A DNA stretch of 46,426 bases from a virus (IMGVR_UViG_3300008085_000050:1-46426); one strand, 5' to 3'. Positions 1 through 7,913 are shown, counted from the stretch's first letter. Translations and numbers: made by a program. Notes: generated from the sequence alone by a model not told the origin.

Positions 1-10
1 AAAGGTTAAG

Positions 11-216
11 ACTCACACCCGAAGGGTTGAGTTTTTGAAATATACAATTATCTGAAATTCAAATAATTACAATAATTTTAATGATAATTGAATTTTTGAG
101 CGGCGAGTGCGCAGCTTTAACCGGGAAAATTCTTGCTACCACGGCAATTTTTCCCTGATCTGCGCACTCGCCGGTGTTCTTTTCTCTTTCATTATTACGG
201 CGAAAGAGAAAAGAAC
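11..216. repeat. Cluster of three inverted repeats (hairpins)
   Basis: ACTCA-C-ACCC-GAA-GGGT-TGAGT (11-32). Perfect 14-bp IR CGGCGAGTGCGCAG 101-114 / 160-173, with an inner GGGAAAATT/AATTTTTCCC stem. Perfect 15-bp IR GTTCTTTTCTCTTTC 176-190 / 202-216. Confidence 0.85.
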
Positions 217-542
217 CAAAAGAGAAAGCCGCCAAAAATGTACTCCCTAAATCCCCTGCTGATCATGGATAATCAGAACAGAAAAGCGTTTGGATATTTT
301 TTTTGCGAAACTCCGGTTTTTAAACTTCCTCGCTCAGGCAGTACTCTAATCCCTCCGGCCGAGTCCTGATGCACTTCAACGGATGGACTTCGATTCATGG
401 TGAATTTTACAGCGCACTTTCAATGCTGTGCGGACATGCTGGATACTGAAACCCTTTCCGGAATTCTCCTTGTGGCCAGCTTTCAAAGTAATTTTTTTGA
501 CTTAATATCTGCTAAGGTGATAGCCCGTTTCATGGTGCGCGT

Positions 543-592
543 TGCCATACAAGGATTTTCCCGGCATAAAATTTATTCCAGTTCCTCCTTGC
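543..592 (+). repeat. Leader repeat A, copy 1
   Basis: TGCCATACAAGGATTTTCCCGGCATAAAATTTATTCCAGTTCCTCCTTGC, near-identical to 1719-1769. Internal stem CAAGGA/TCCTTG. Confidence 0.9.
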
Positions 593-650
593 TATGCCAT
601 GACCCGGGCCATCTGATACCTGCACATATTAACTTTTAAAAATTACTACA

Positions 651-929
651 ATGAAAACTTACAAGAAAAATTACATCGGAAAAGGAACTCAGGTTCCAAA
701 CATGACAATCGCAAAATGTACAGTGAAAGTATCGGAAATGATGAAATTCATCCACAAATACGAAGGTGAGGATTACATCACGTTTGAAGTTGCAAAAATG
801 AAGAACCTGGACAAATTCGGAAGGGGTTACACTGTGTACTGCACAACAATTGAGGAAACTGAAGAAGAAAAACCTGCACCTAAGAAACGCAAATCAAAGA
901 AAGCCGAAAACGCTGACATTCCGTTCTGA
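651..929 (+). CDS. Small protein with SSB-like acidic C-terminal tail (possible ssDNA-binding protein)
   Basis: 92 aa with a beta-rich core, a Lys/Glu-rich linker and a terminal ADIPF resembling the SSB-Ct motif DDIPF. Followed by a terminator. Confidence 0.6.
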   Translation: MKTYKKNYIGKGTQVPNMTIAKCTVKVSEMMKFIHKYEGEDYITFEVAKMKNLDKFGRGYTVYCTTIEETEEEKPAPKKRKSKKAENADIPF

Positions 930-938
930 AGAAATTTT

Positions 939-963
939 CCCTGCTTCGGCAGGGATTTTTTTT
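939..963 (+). terminator. Intrinsic terminator
   Basis: CCCTGC-TTCG-GCAGGG followed by a T-run, then GGTCGTA. Nearly identical to 1574-1598. Confidence 0.85.
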
Positions 964-972
964 GGTCGTACA

Positions 973-1177
973 TCTCAGAAAGACTCTCCACTCCATTTAA
1001 ATACCGGCAAATGTATTAATCGCCGCCCGGAACGGTCAAGGGTATACAAGCTCACTCAGTTGTTCTCTTTGTTGGTTCCGCCCTTGCCCTAATCCGCCCG
1101 TCTCAATGGTGGTACGCCAATATTTAACCGGCGTGCCTGATGCCATAATAAGTCTGTGTAGGCAGCAGCAAAACATT
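973..1177 (+). repeat. Leader repeat B, copy 1 (~200 bp structured element)
   Basis: Homologous to 2152-2353. A 50-bp block (1124-1173) is identical to 2300-2349. Internal stem CAAGGG 1037-1042 / CCCTTG 1081-1086. Confidence 0.9.
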
Positions 1178-1369
1178 ATGTCTGATTCAAATTACGGAAG
1201 ATTTCGCTGCATCCATTGCGGCTGTAGGTTTAACCTAAACGACGAAGAAAACGAAGCTTACGAAAACGGCTTCTTTATGATTGATCCTGATTGCTGTGAC
1301 GATTGTTTCGATAACCTGGAACACGCTCCGGATTATCCTGAATTCTCTGATGCCGACCCTGGACTTTAA
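1178..1369 (+). CDS. Small acidic Cys-rich (zinc-finger-like) protein
   Basis: ATG at 1178 directly after repeat B. 63 aa with CIHC and CCDDC motifs, very rich in Asp/Glu. Confidence 0.7.
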   Translation: MSDSNYGRFRCIHCGCRFNLNDEENEAYENGFFMIDPDCCDDCFDNLEHAPDYPEFSDADPGL

Positions 1370-1381
1370 TACCGATGTGCT

Positions 1382-1564
1382 ATGACTAAAGTAATCAAAA
1401 TCACAGAGCATTATCGCCCTGACAGTAAACGCTATGGTAGTTACCGGGTTGTACCAAAACTTACTTTATCCGGCGACTGGCTGTCCGATGCTGGTTTCAA
1501 ACCTTCCAAAATGGTTCAGGTCGAATGCGTAAACAACACGCTCATTGTAACCTCAATCGAGTAA
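1382..1564 (+). CDS. SymE-family (AbrB-fold) type I toxin-like protein
   Basis: PKLTLSGDWLSDAGFKPSKMVQVECVNNTLIV matches the SymE pattern PxLxLxGxWLxxAGFxxGxxVxV. Confidence 0.75.
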   Translation: MTKVIKITEHYRPDSKRYGSYRVVPKLTLSGDWLSDAGFKPSKMVQVECVNNTLIVTSIE

Positions 1565-1573
1565 TAAAGAATG

Positions 1574-1598
1574 CCCTGCTCCGGTAGGGTATTTTTTT
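1574..1598 (+). terminator. Intrinsic terminator
   Basis: CCCTGC-TCCG-GTAGGG followed by a T-run and GGTCGTA. Confidence 0.8.
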
Positions 1599-1718
1599 GG
1601 TCGTAACAATAATGGTGCAACCCAAAACCCGTTTTTCCTGCCGTTTTTTTCCAGTGCTTTCACCCTGTTTATTTTCAAATGAAGGTGCGAAGAAACAGCC
1701 TCAATTCATAATACGCCC

Positions 1719-1769
1719 TGCCATTCAAGGATTTTCCCGGCATAAAAATTTATTCCAGTTCCTCCTTGC
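1719..1769 (+). repeat. Leader repeat A, copy 2
   Basis: Near-identical to 543-592 (one substitution, one extra A). Confidence 0.9.
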
Positions 1770-1824
1770 CTGTTCTGACTTTCTGCTGTGATGGCAATGC
1801 ACATCATTTTAAAATAAAAACATT

Positions 1825-1989
1825 ATGAAATCAAAATCTTACAAAAACAGCAGTGAAGAAAAAAACAACCTTTGGGATGCATTCGTCGATTATCTCGAAA
1901 ACACCTACTTCCCGGGAGCCAGTGAATTACTCGATACAAAAACAATCGCTTTCGAGTATGAAAGTTTTACGGCATGTTATTCAAAATAA
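1825..1989 (+). CDS. Small hypothetical protein (54 aa, not in ORF track)
   Basis: Translated by hand: MKSKSYKNSSEEKNNLWDAFVDYLENTYFPGASELLDTKTIAFEYESFTACYSK. Lies between repeat A2 and a terminator. Confidence 0.7.
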   Translation: MKSKSYKNSSEEKNNLWDAFVDYLENTYFPGASELLDTKTIAFEYESFTACYSK

Positions 1990-2009
1990 GGGCTTCTGCC
2001 CTTTTTTTT
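1988..2009 (+). terminator. Intrinsic terminator
   Basis: AAGGGC-TTCT-GCCCTT followed by a T-run. Confidence 0.75.
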
Positions 2010-2151
2010 GTTCGGTTTGATATTTAAAAACTGATATTATTTTAACCGATATCACCCCCGGGAAGAGCAGCTTCTTCCGGGAAGTGGGTTTACATTCTTT
2101 AACTTCCTATCCATTCACGCATTCACGCATTATAGCATTCACGCATTAACC

Positions 2152-2353
2152 TCTCAGAAAGATCCTCACTCCACTTAATCCCGGCAAATTTATTAATCGC
2201 CCCACGGAACGCGCAAGGGTAATACAAGCTCTCCGCGCTGTTTTCTTTTGTGGCTTCGCCCTTGCACTAATCCGTGTGGCTCAATGTGGTATGCCGAAAT
2301 TAACCGGCGTGCCTGATGCCATAATAAGTCTGTGTAGGCAGCAGCAAAATAAT
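2152..2353 (+). repeat. Leader repeat B, copy 2
   Basis: Homologous to 973-1177. Stems GCAAGGG 2213-2219 / CCCTTGC 2259-2265 and CACGGA 2203-2208 / TCCGTG 2271-2276. Confidence 0.9.
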
Positions 2354-3265
2354 ATGGATAAATTCGATATCTACGAAATGGTTACTAAACTCATTACCGA
2401 CCGCCTCGAAGCTGGTGTGGTGCCGTGGCACATGCCATGGAAAACGGCAGGAGCAATGCCACGTAACCTGGTGTCAAAGAAAACTTACCGCGGCTTTAAC
2501 TTCTGGTACCTGCTCAGCATGGGTTTCGAACGCCAGTTTTTCCTCACTTTTAACCAGGTGCAGGAACTGGGCGCAACGGTCCGCAAGGGGTCAAAAGCAT
2601 TCCAGGTGGTTTTCTGGAAAATGGTGGAAAGCCACAACGACCCCACAAAGAAGGTTCCTTACCTGCGTTACTACCGTGTTTTCCATGTCGACGATGTGGA
2701 AGGAATCGACCCGAAGAAACTCCCATCGTACGACCAACACGATCAGGATTTCGACCCCATCTGTACCTGCGACAGGCTGGTTCAGGAATGGACCGACAGC
2801 CCAACAATTCAACAGAATGCCGAGTATGCCTGCTATGTACCATCCATCGACACGATAAAAATCCCGAATCCACGGAGGTTTTTCAAAGCTGAAGAATATT
2901 ATTCAGTTTTGTACCATGAGATGACCCACGCAACTGGCCACGCACGTAGGCTAAACCGCCACAGCAAGTTTCCAAATCATCACTTTGGCAGCAACGATTA
3001 CAGCCAGGAAGAACTGGTTGCCGAAATGGGAGCTGCTTACCTCTGCGGAATCTGCGGTATCGAAAACGCCACCATCGACAACTCAGCCGCCTACATACAA
3101 AGCTGGCTGAAGAAACTCAAAAACGATAAAAAGTTTGTACTCCAGGCTGCCAGTTATGCCCAGTTGGCTACCGACTATATCCTGGGAATTACTCCGCACG
3201 AAACTTCCGAAACAGTTGTGCAGTCCGACGAAAACAATCCTGTTGTTGAATCCTTTGAATTCTGA
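2354..3265 (+). CDS. ardC: ArdC-family antirestriction protein (ssDNA-binding N-domain plus zincin-like metallopeptidase domain)
   Basis: Motifs PWHMPW, YRGFN, FLTFNQ, VRKGSK, YYSVLYHEMTHATGH (HExxH) and YSQEELVAEMGAAYLC. Start moved to the ATG at 2354, after repeat B. Confidence 0.9.
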   Translation: MDKFDIYEMVTKLITDRLEAGVVPWHMPWKTAGAMPRNLVSKKTYRGFNFWYLLSMGFERQFFLTFNQVQELGATVRKGSKAFQVVFWKMVESHNDPTKKVPYLRYYRVFHVDDVEGIDPKKLPSYDQHDQDFDPICTCDRLVQEWTDSPTIQQNAEYACYVPSIDTIKIPNPRRFFKAEEYYSVLYHEMTHATGHARRLNRHSKFPNHHFGSNDYSQEELVAEMGAAYLCGICGIENATIDNSAAYIQSWLKKLKNDKKFVLQAASYAQLATDYILGITPHETSETVVQSDENNPVVESFEF

Positions 3266-3268
3266 GCC

Positions 3269-3985
3269 ATGAAACAACAGCGACAAACATTCGAACAGCA
3301 TATGGAACAGCTTGCACGCCGACATGGTGTGCATTCTATTTTCTCCGATTTCCTCACTTTGCTCATGTGTGCTTTCTCCCTGGGGCAACGCGAAGAGGAA
3401 TACCTGAAAACTATACGGAAGTACGAAAAACCGGAAGCGTACAAAATATCTGAAGCTTTGGCCGCACTAATTGTTGAGATGACCGGAGACGGAACCGGCA
3501 TGGTTGACGTGCTTGGCGATTACTTCGAACGGTTTTTGAGCTACGGCCGTAACGGGCAATTCTTCACCCCGCAACACCTCTGCGACATGATGGCCCGGCT
3601 GATGAACCCAATAACCCCACTCGAACGAATACTGGACCCTGCCTGCGGAAGCGGGCGAATGTTAATGGCAATGGCAAAGTTGAACCGCTTCGCAACCTTC
3701 TTTGGTGCCGATAACGACCGAAACTGTGCCATGATGTGCGCCATCAACATGTGCCTGAACTCGATGTATGGCGAAGTTGCCTGGATGAACTCAATCACCA
3801 ACCAGTTTTACGCAGCCTGGCAGATTCACCCAACCGCAAAAGGCTGCCCATGCATCACCCAGATTTCCGAAAAACAGAGCTACATACTCCTGAAACTTCC
3901 GGAAAGCAAACCAGATATAAAGGAAATCGTTACAGATATCCCTAAAATCGAAACACAGGCAAAACAACTGTTGTTTGAGTTTTAA
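3269..3985 (+). CDS. Short N-6 DNA methylase-family protein (HsdM-like SAM-binding region, no visible NPPF motif)
   Basis: GQFFTP and ILDPACGSGRML (motif I) are present. No (N/D)PP(F/Y) motif IV in the translation. Confidence 0.75.
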   Translation: MKQQRQTFEQHMEQLARRHGVHSIFSDFLTLLMCAFSLGQREEEYLKTIRKYEKPEAYKISEALAALIVEMTGDGTGMVDVLGDYFERFLSYGRNGQFFTPQHLCDMMARLMNPITPLERILDPACGSGRMLMAMAKLNRFATFFGADNDRNCAMMCAINMCLNSMYGEVAWMNSITNQFYAAWQIHPTAKGCPCITQISEKQSYILLKLPESKPDIKEIVTDIPKIETQAKQLLFEF

Positions 3986-4017
3986 AAAATGTAACCCCCA
4001 AACATTTTTTAAAATAA

Positions 4018-4061
4018 TGTAACAAATTCGTTACAACATATTAAAATTTTATTTATCTTTA
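4018..4061 (+). promoter_or_regulatory. Operator palindrome and probable promoter of the 4117-10455 operon
   Basis: TGTAAC-N6-GTTACA at 4018-4035, an extra TGTAAC half-site at 3990-3995, and TATCTTTA (-7-like) at 4054-4061. Confidence 0.6.
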
Positions 4062-4116
4062 CAACATTAAAATCATTTAAGCGCTGGCGGCAACAGCACA
4101 ATACGGCAACAAAAAA

Positions 4117-4779
4117 ATGACAACACAAGTAACAATCGAACAACTCGCCGAAAAACTCAACAGAACTGTATGGGTAAAAGGCGATCTCAAGCGCATCTAT
4201 TTAAACGACGCTGGCTGGAATACCAAAAAAATGAGCACCAAAACGTACATTTTCCAAAACGAAAATGGCGAATTCAAAGTATCATGCCGCATCGAGTGCC
4301 CATCGCAACCTTACCAGTGGATTCAAAGCCAGGAAGAGGAAGTAAAAGAAGGTATTTACAAAGATATCGAACATGCCTTGGCGCTGATGGAAATCTCCCT
4401 GGTTGAATTCAAAGTGCTCGAAGAAAAACCCGAAGTAATGGTTTATATCCGCAAAAACGACAACGAACCAAGCTGGTACACCGAAAGCATATTTTACGAC
4501 GAATTTGGCACTTACCCCGAAAACGTATTCCCCGAAATTCCGCGTATAGTTCCGGTTGCCGCCCCTGTTGATGCTCCGGTGGTTAACGCCATACCAGCCG
4601 AAAAACCTGCTGTTAAAAACACCGAAACACCTGAGTTTGGCATTGGCACAAGGGTAACCAACCCACGCTTTGGCCACGGTACAGTTACTGCCGAAGCTGC
4701 CGAAACCATCGAAATCAAATTCGACATCGACGGACCAAAACGCCTTTTAAAGAAATTCGCCAAAATCGAAAGGTTATGA
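4117..4779 (+). CDS. Hypothetical protein with C-terminal PcrA/UvrD Tudor-like domain
   Basis: C-terminus FGIGTRVTNPRFGHGTVTAEAAETIEIKFDIDGPKRLLKKFAKIERL follows a Pro/Ala linker. Confidence 0.65.
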   Translation: MTTQVTIEQLAEKLNRTVWVKGDLKRIYLNDAGWNTKKMSTKTYIFQNENGEFKVSCRIECPSQPYQWIQSQEEEVKEGIYKDIEHALALMEISLVEFKVLEEKPEVMVYIRKNDNEPSWYTESIFYDEFGTYPENVFPEIPRIVPVAAPVDAPVVNAIPAEKPAVKNTETPEFGIGTRVTNPRFGHGTVTAEAAETIEIKFDIDGPKRLLKKFAKIERL

Positions 4780-5060
4780 TTGCCCGCGTAAAAATCACAT
4801 TCCAGAAAATGTACGGGGAAACCCCCCGTGCATTTCTCCTGCTTGTCGAAAGCCGCGAGTTGTGGTTCCCGCGCAGGTTCTGCCGCAACTTTACCCTTAA
4901 CAAAAAGCTGGGCGGCCACACCGAAATACCCGCATGGCTTTACACCGAAAAATTTGGCTGCGAACCTGATATCGATGATGCCACACTAATTATCGAACAC
5001 CACAAACCCCAAAAAATTGGGGTAACAGAAGTTGAACCACTTAAAGAATTATTAAAATGA
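4776..5060 (+). CDS. Hypothetical protein
   Basis: 94-aa ORF translationally coupled (ATGA overlaps) on both sides. Confidence 0.75.
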   Translation: MIARVKITFQKMYGETPRAFLLLVESRELWFPRRFCRNFTLNKKLGGHTEIPAWLYTEKFGCEPDIDDATLIIEHHKPQKIGVTEVEPLKELLK

Positions 5061-5848
5061 AAACAATCACTTTAAAAAATGGAAAATCAGTTGATGTTGA
5101 ATTCCGCAACAATAGTACCATCAAAATTCTAAATTCGTTTTTTGAGCTTCGAAAAATGGGAAACGAATTTGTTCTCAACACCTTAACTGCATCAAAAGAA
5201 TTAGCTGATTTTTTTGCTGCTAATGTTGAAAAGAAACCTGTTTCGTTGAGAATAGAAGAATCTGTCTATTTCGAATTGAAATCCGAACTTGAATCGTTTA
5301 CACAAAAAAACGAAGCAGAAAAGCAGGAAAAAAGAAAGTCGTATATTGCAACCAGGCCCCAATCATTAGTGCTAATGTTTTCAGGGTGGTATCTCTCTGA
5401 TACTCCCGAAATCGTCACATTATTTCATGAAGATAACGGTGAACAGTTCAAGGATAAGCAGGGCCGTTGGTATGTATCAGAATCTCACCAAAAGTTGACC
5501 GAAATACGCATTAGTGACGCTACTGCGCTGTCATTGCAGGACGCTCAAACTTCTACCGATTTTGAATCAAGATGTTTTCTTCTTACAGACGAACAGGTAA
5601 GCGAATTAATCCGCCTGAACAATGCCCGCATTGCAGAAAAAGAAAATATCAAATTACAAAAAGAAGAAAAGGAATCTGAAAGAAGAAACAGCCTGATCGC
5701 GGAAGCAAAAAAAACAGGTAAAAAACAAATTCTGTCACAATTTATGGACGAATGTGACAATTCAGTTCCAGACTGCTCCTTCGACCAGATAATAACCTGG
5801 ATTGATTCGGAAGGTAAAATAAGTACAACAAGAAGTCATTGTCATTAA
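5057..5848 (+). CDS. Hypothetical protein (coiled-coil regions, C-terminal Cys/His cluster)
   Basis: 263-aa ORF, coupled start, AT-rich. Confidence 0.75.
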   Translation: MKTITLKNGKSVDVEFRNNSTIKILNSFFELRKMGNEFVLNTLTASKELADFFAANVEKKPVSLRIEESVYFELKSELESFTQKNEAEKQEKRKSYIATRPQSLVLMFSGWYLSDTPEIVTLFHEDNGEQFKDKQGRWYVSESHQKLTEIRISDATALSLQDAQTSTDFESRCFLLTDEQVSELIRLNNARIAEKENIKLQKEEKESERRNSLIAEAKKTGKKQILSQFMDECDNSVPDCSFDQIITWIDSEGKISTTRSHCH

Positions 5849-5875
5849 TATTAAACCACTTAAAAAATTACAAAA

Positions 5876-6139
5876 ATGAAAGCAAGAGAAATTTACACAC
5901 AAATCATTGAAAAGCATTCGAATGTTATTACTTCAGCCGAAATCGAAGAATTTGAAACTGAAAAATACATTCAGGCAAGTATTAATTTCGAAAATAAAAG
6001 CACGATAAGCATTGTGCAGAATACCGATAAGTTTGCATTCGAAAACTATGTAAAGGTATTCGGGACAGATGGGGCAGAAGCCTATTGCAAAACCACCGAC
6101 AATTTCAAAATCGAAGACATTATTGAACTTGTCAAATAA
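5876..6139 (+). CDS. Hypothetical acidic protein
   Basis: 87-aa ORF within the operon. Confidence 0.65.
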   Translation: MKAREIYTQIIEKHSNVITSAEIEEFETEKYIQASINFENKSTISIVQNTDKFAFENYVKVFGTDGAEAYCKTTDNFKIEDIIELVK

Positions 6140-6149
6140 TGAAAGTATT

Positions 6150-6533
6150 ATGATTGTAACGTCATTCACCGATTATGAAATAGTTAAGAAGATGCGGACT
6201 TGTTACCTGGTCCGTATCTTTTTCGATTCCAAGGCGCGTAAAACAGAATGCTTTTACATTTCCGAAAAACAACTAAATAAGTTGCGAAATGTAATGGGCA
6301 ATGTTTCAGAATCCCGTGTACGAAACACATATCCTCTTGCCGTTTTCGATGGCGACCGTTATGTTTGGTGTGGCATCGAGTATCCCGATTATTCCGATCG
6401 GGAATGGCTAATGAAAAACTTCAATGCTCAATACAAATCAGAGTTCATTATTGAAAATTCAAAAATTGAAGTACATGTCCCCGAAAAAGTACAACCCATA
6501 GAATCAGGACCCGATGCAGAACTTATTCGTTGA
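6150..6533 (+). CDS. Hypothetical protein
   Basis: Probable ATG at 6150, just after the previous stop. Overlaps the helicase start. Confidence 0.65.
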   Translation: MIVTSFTDYEIVKKMRTCYLVRIFFDSKARKTECFYISEKQLNKLRNVMGNVSESRVRNTYPLAVFDGDRYVWCGIEYPDYSDREWLMKNFNAQYKSEFIIENSKIEVHVPEKVQPIESGPDAELIR

Positions 6534-7710
6534 CCAGCTTAATGCCTTCGAAAAACTTCGCACCTTCAAAGTAGGCGCCTTGTTTATGGAACCCGGCACC
6601 GGCAAAACCCGCACCGCTTACGAATTGGTAAAAAGCGTGGAAAGTATCAATTATATTCTCTGGCTTACCCCGTTCCAAACCAAAGAAAACCTGCGCTCAG
6701 AAATCGACAAATGCGGTGGTTTTACCTGCGAACTCGATATTATAGGCATAGAAACCTTATCCAGTTCCGACCGAACATATCTTCAATTAACAAACAAGGT
6801 GCAGAAACACAACACCTTCATTGTTTGCGACGAAAGCCTGAAAATTAAAAACTGGGATGCCAAACGTACCAAACGAATTGTTCAGCTTGGCACTTATACC
6901 GAATATAAACTAATACTGAATGGTACACCTCTTAGCCGAAACGTACTCGATATGTGGGCACAACTCGAATTTCTTAGCCCCAAAATATTAGGGATGGGGT
7001 TAGCTGAATTCAAAAATACATTTGTGAAATATACCACCATCACCAAAAAAATTAATGGAATAAAAAATACGAAAGAAATAATCGATGGCTACGAAAACAT
7101 CGATTACCTCTATTCATTAATCAAACATTACGTCTATGAATGCGACCTGAAGCTCGACGTTTCAAAGCAATACCAGAGCCGTAATTATTCCATCGACGCC
7201 GATGTGGCCGAAGAGTACGCCCGGATTAAAGAATTCATGCTTAATCACGAATACCTCATGTTCCGGAACAACAATATTTTCATAGAATTAATGCAACAGC
7301 TTCAACACGCTTATTGCTGCACATCCAATAAATTCGAAGTCGTTGAAAACATCATGGAACATGAGCATGAAGATAAAACCATCATCTTTTGCAAGTTCAT
7401 CCGCAGCCGCGATGCCATTGCCAAAATGTTTCCTGATGTAAAAGTATTGACCTATGGGAAACATGCCTACGGACTTAATTTGCAAGATTACAACACCGTT
7501 ATATTTTTCGACAAAACAATGGATTACGCACTCCGCCTGCAAGCCGAACGCCGCGTATTCCGAAGCGGTCAAAAAAATAATTGCACTTATTACGATTTAA
7601 CCGGTAATGTCGGCCTCGAAGCCATGATTAACCGTAATATCAACAAAAAAGAAACCATGTTAAACTACTTCAAACGCGTATCGTTTGAAACATTTATAAA
7701 AGAGTTATGA
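6514..7710 (+). CDS. SNF2-like (SF2) helicase
   Basis: Walker A LFMEPGTGKT, DES (motif II), LNGTP (motif III), GLNLQ (motif V), QAERRVFRSGQ (motif VI). Confidence 0.85.
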   Translation: MQNLFVDQLNAFEKLRTFKVGALFMEPGTGKTRTAYELVKSVESINYILWLTPFQTKENLRSEIDKCGGFTCELDIIGIETLSSSDRTYLQLTNKVQKHNTFIVCDESLKIKNWDAKRTKRIVQLGTYTEYKLILNGTPLSRNVLDMWAQLEFLSPKILGMGLAEFKNTFVKYTTITKKINGIKNTKEIIDGYENIDYLYSLIKHYVYECDLKLDVSKQYQSRNYSIDADVAEEYARIKEFMLNHEYLMFRNNNIFIELMQQLQHAYCCTSNKFEVVENIMEHEHEDKTIIFCKFIRSRDAIAKMFPDVKVLTYGKHAYGLNLQDYNTVIFFDKTMDYALRLQAERRVFRSGQKNNCTYYDLTGNVGLEAMINRNINKKETMLNYFKRVSFETFIKEL

Positions 7711-7913
7711 AAGAGTTCAACAACGCAAAAGCCCGCGAAGGTGCAGAACTTGTTACCCGGAGCGGAAAACCTGTTAAAATTCTTCTGTTCGACAGAAATA
7801 GTAAAGATTTCCCAATTGTTGCAATAATAAACAATCGGGAAGTTATTCAGGTTACCGAAAACGGTAAGTATTTTAAAGATAAGGATAGCGATAAAGATTT
7901 AATGTTAAAATGA
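7707..7913 (+). CDS. Hypothetical protein
   Basis: 68-aa ORF coupled on both sides. Confidence 0.7.
   Translation: MKEFNNAKAREGAELVTRSGKPVKILLFDRNSKDFPIVAIINNREVIQVTENGKYFKDKDSDKDLMLK

Noticed and set aside
133-639. ORFs 133-369 and 397-639 (also 850-1092 and 1597-1791)
   Set aside because: They run through hairpins, terminators and leader repeats, and show no recognisable protein features. Probably spurious.
1106-2353. N-terminal extensions of ORFs 1106-1369 and 2276-3265 sharing the peptide LTGVPDAIISLCRQQQN
   Set aside because: The shared peptide is a translation of the identical 50-bp block of leader repeat B. The ATGs at 1178 and 2354 are the more plausible starts.
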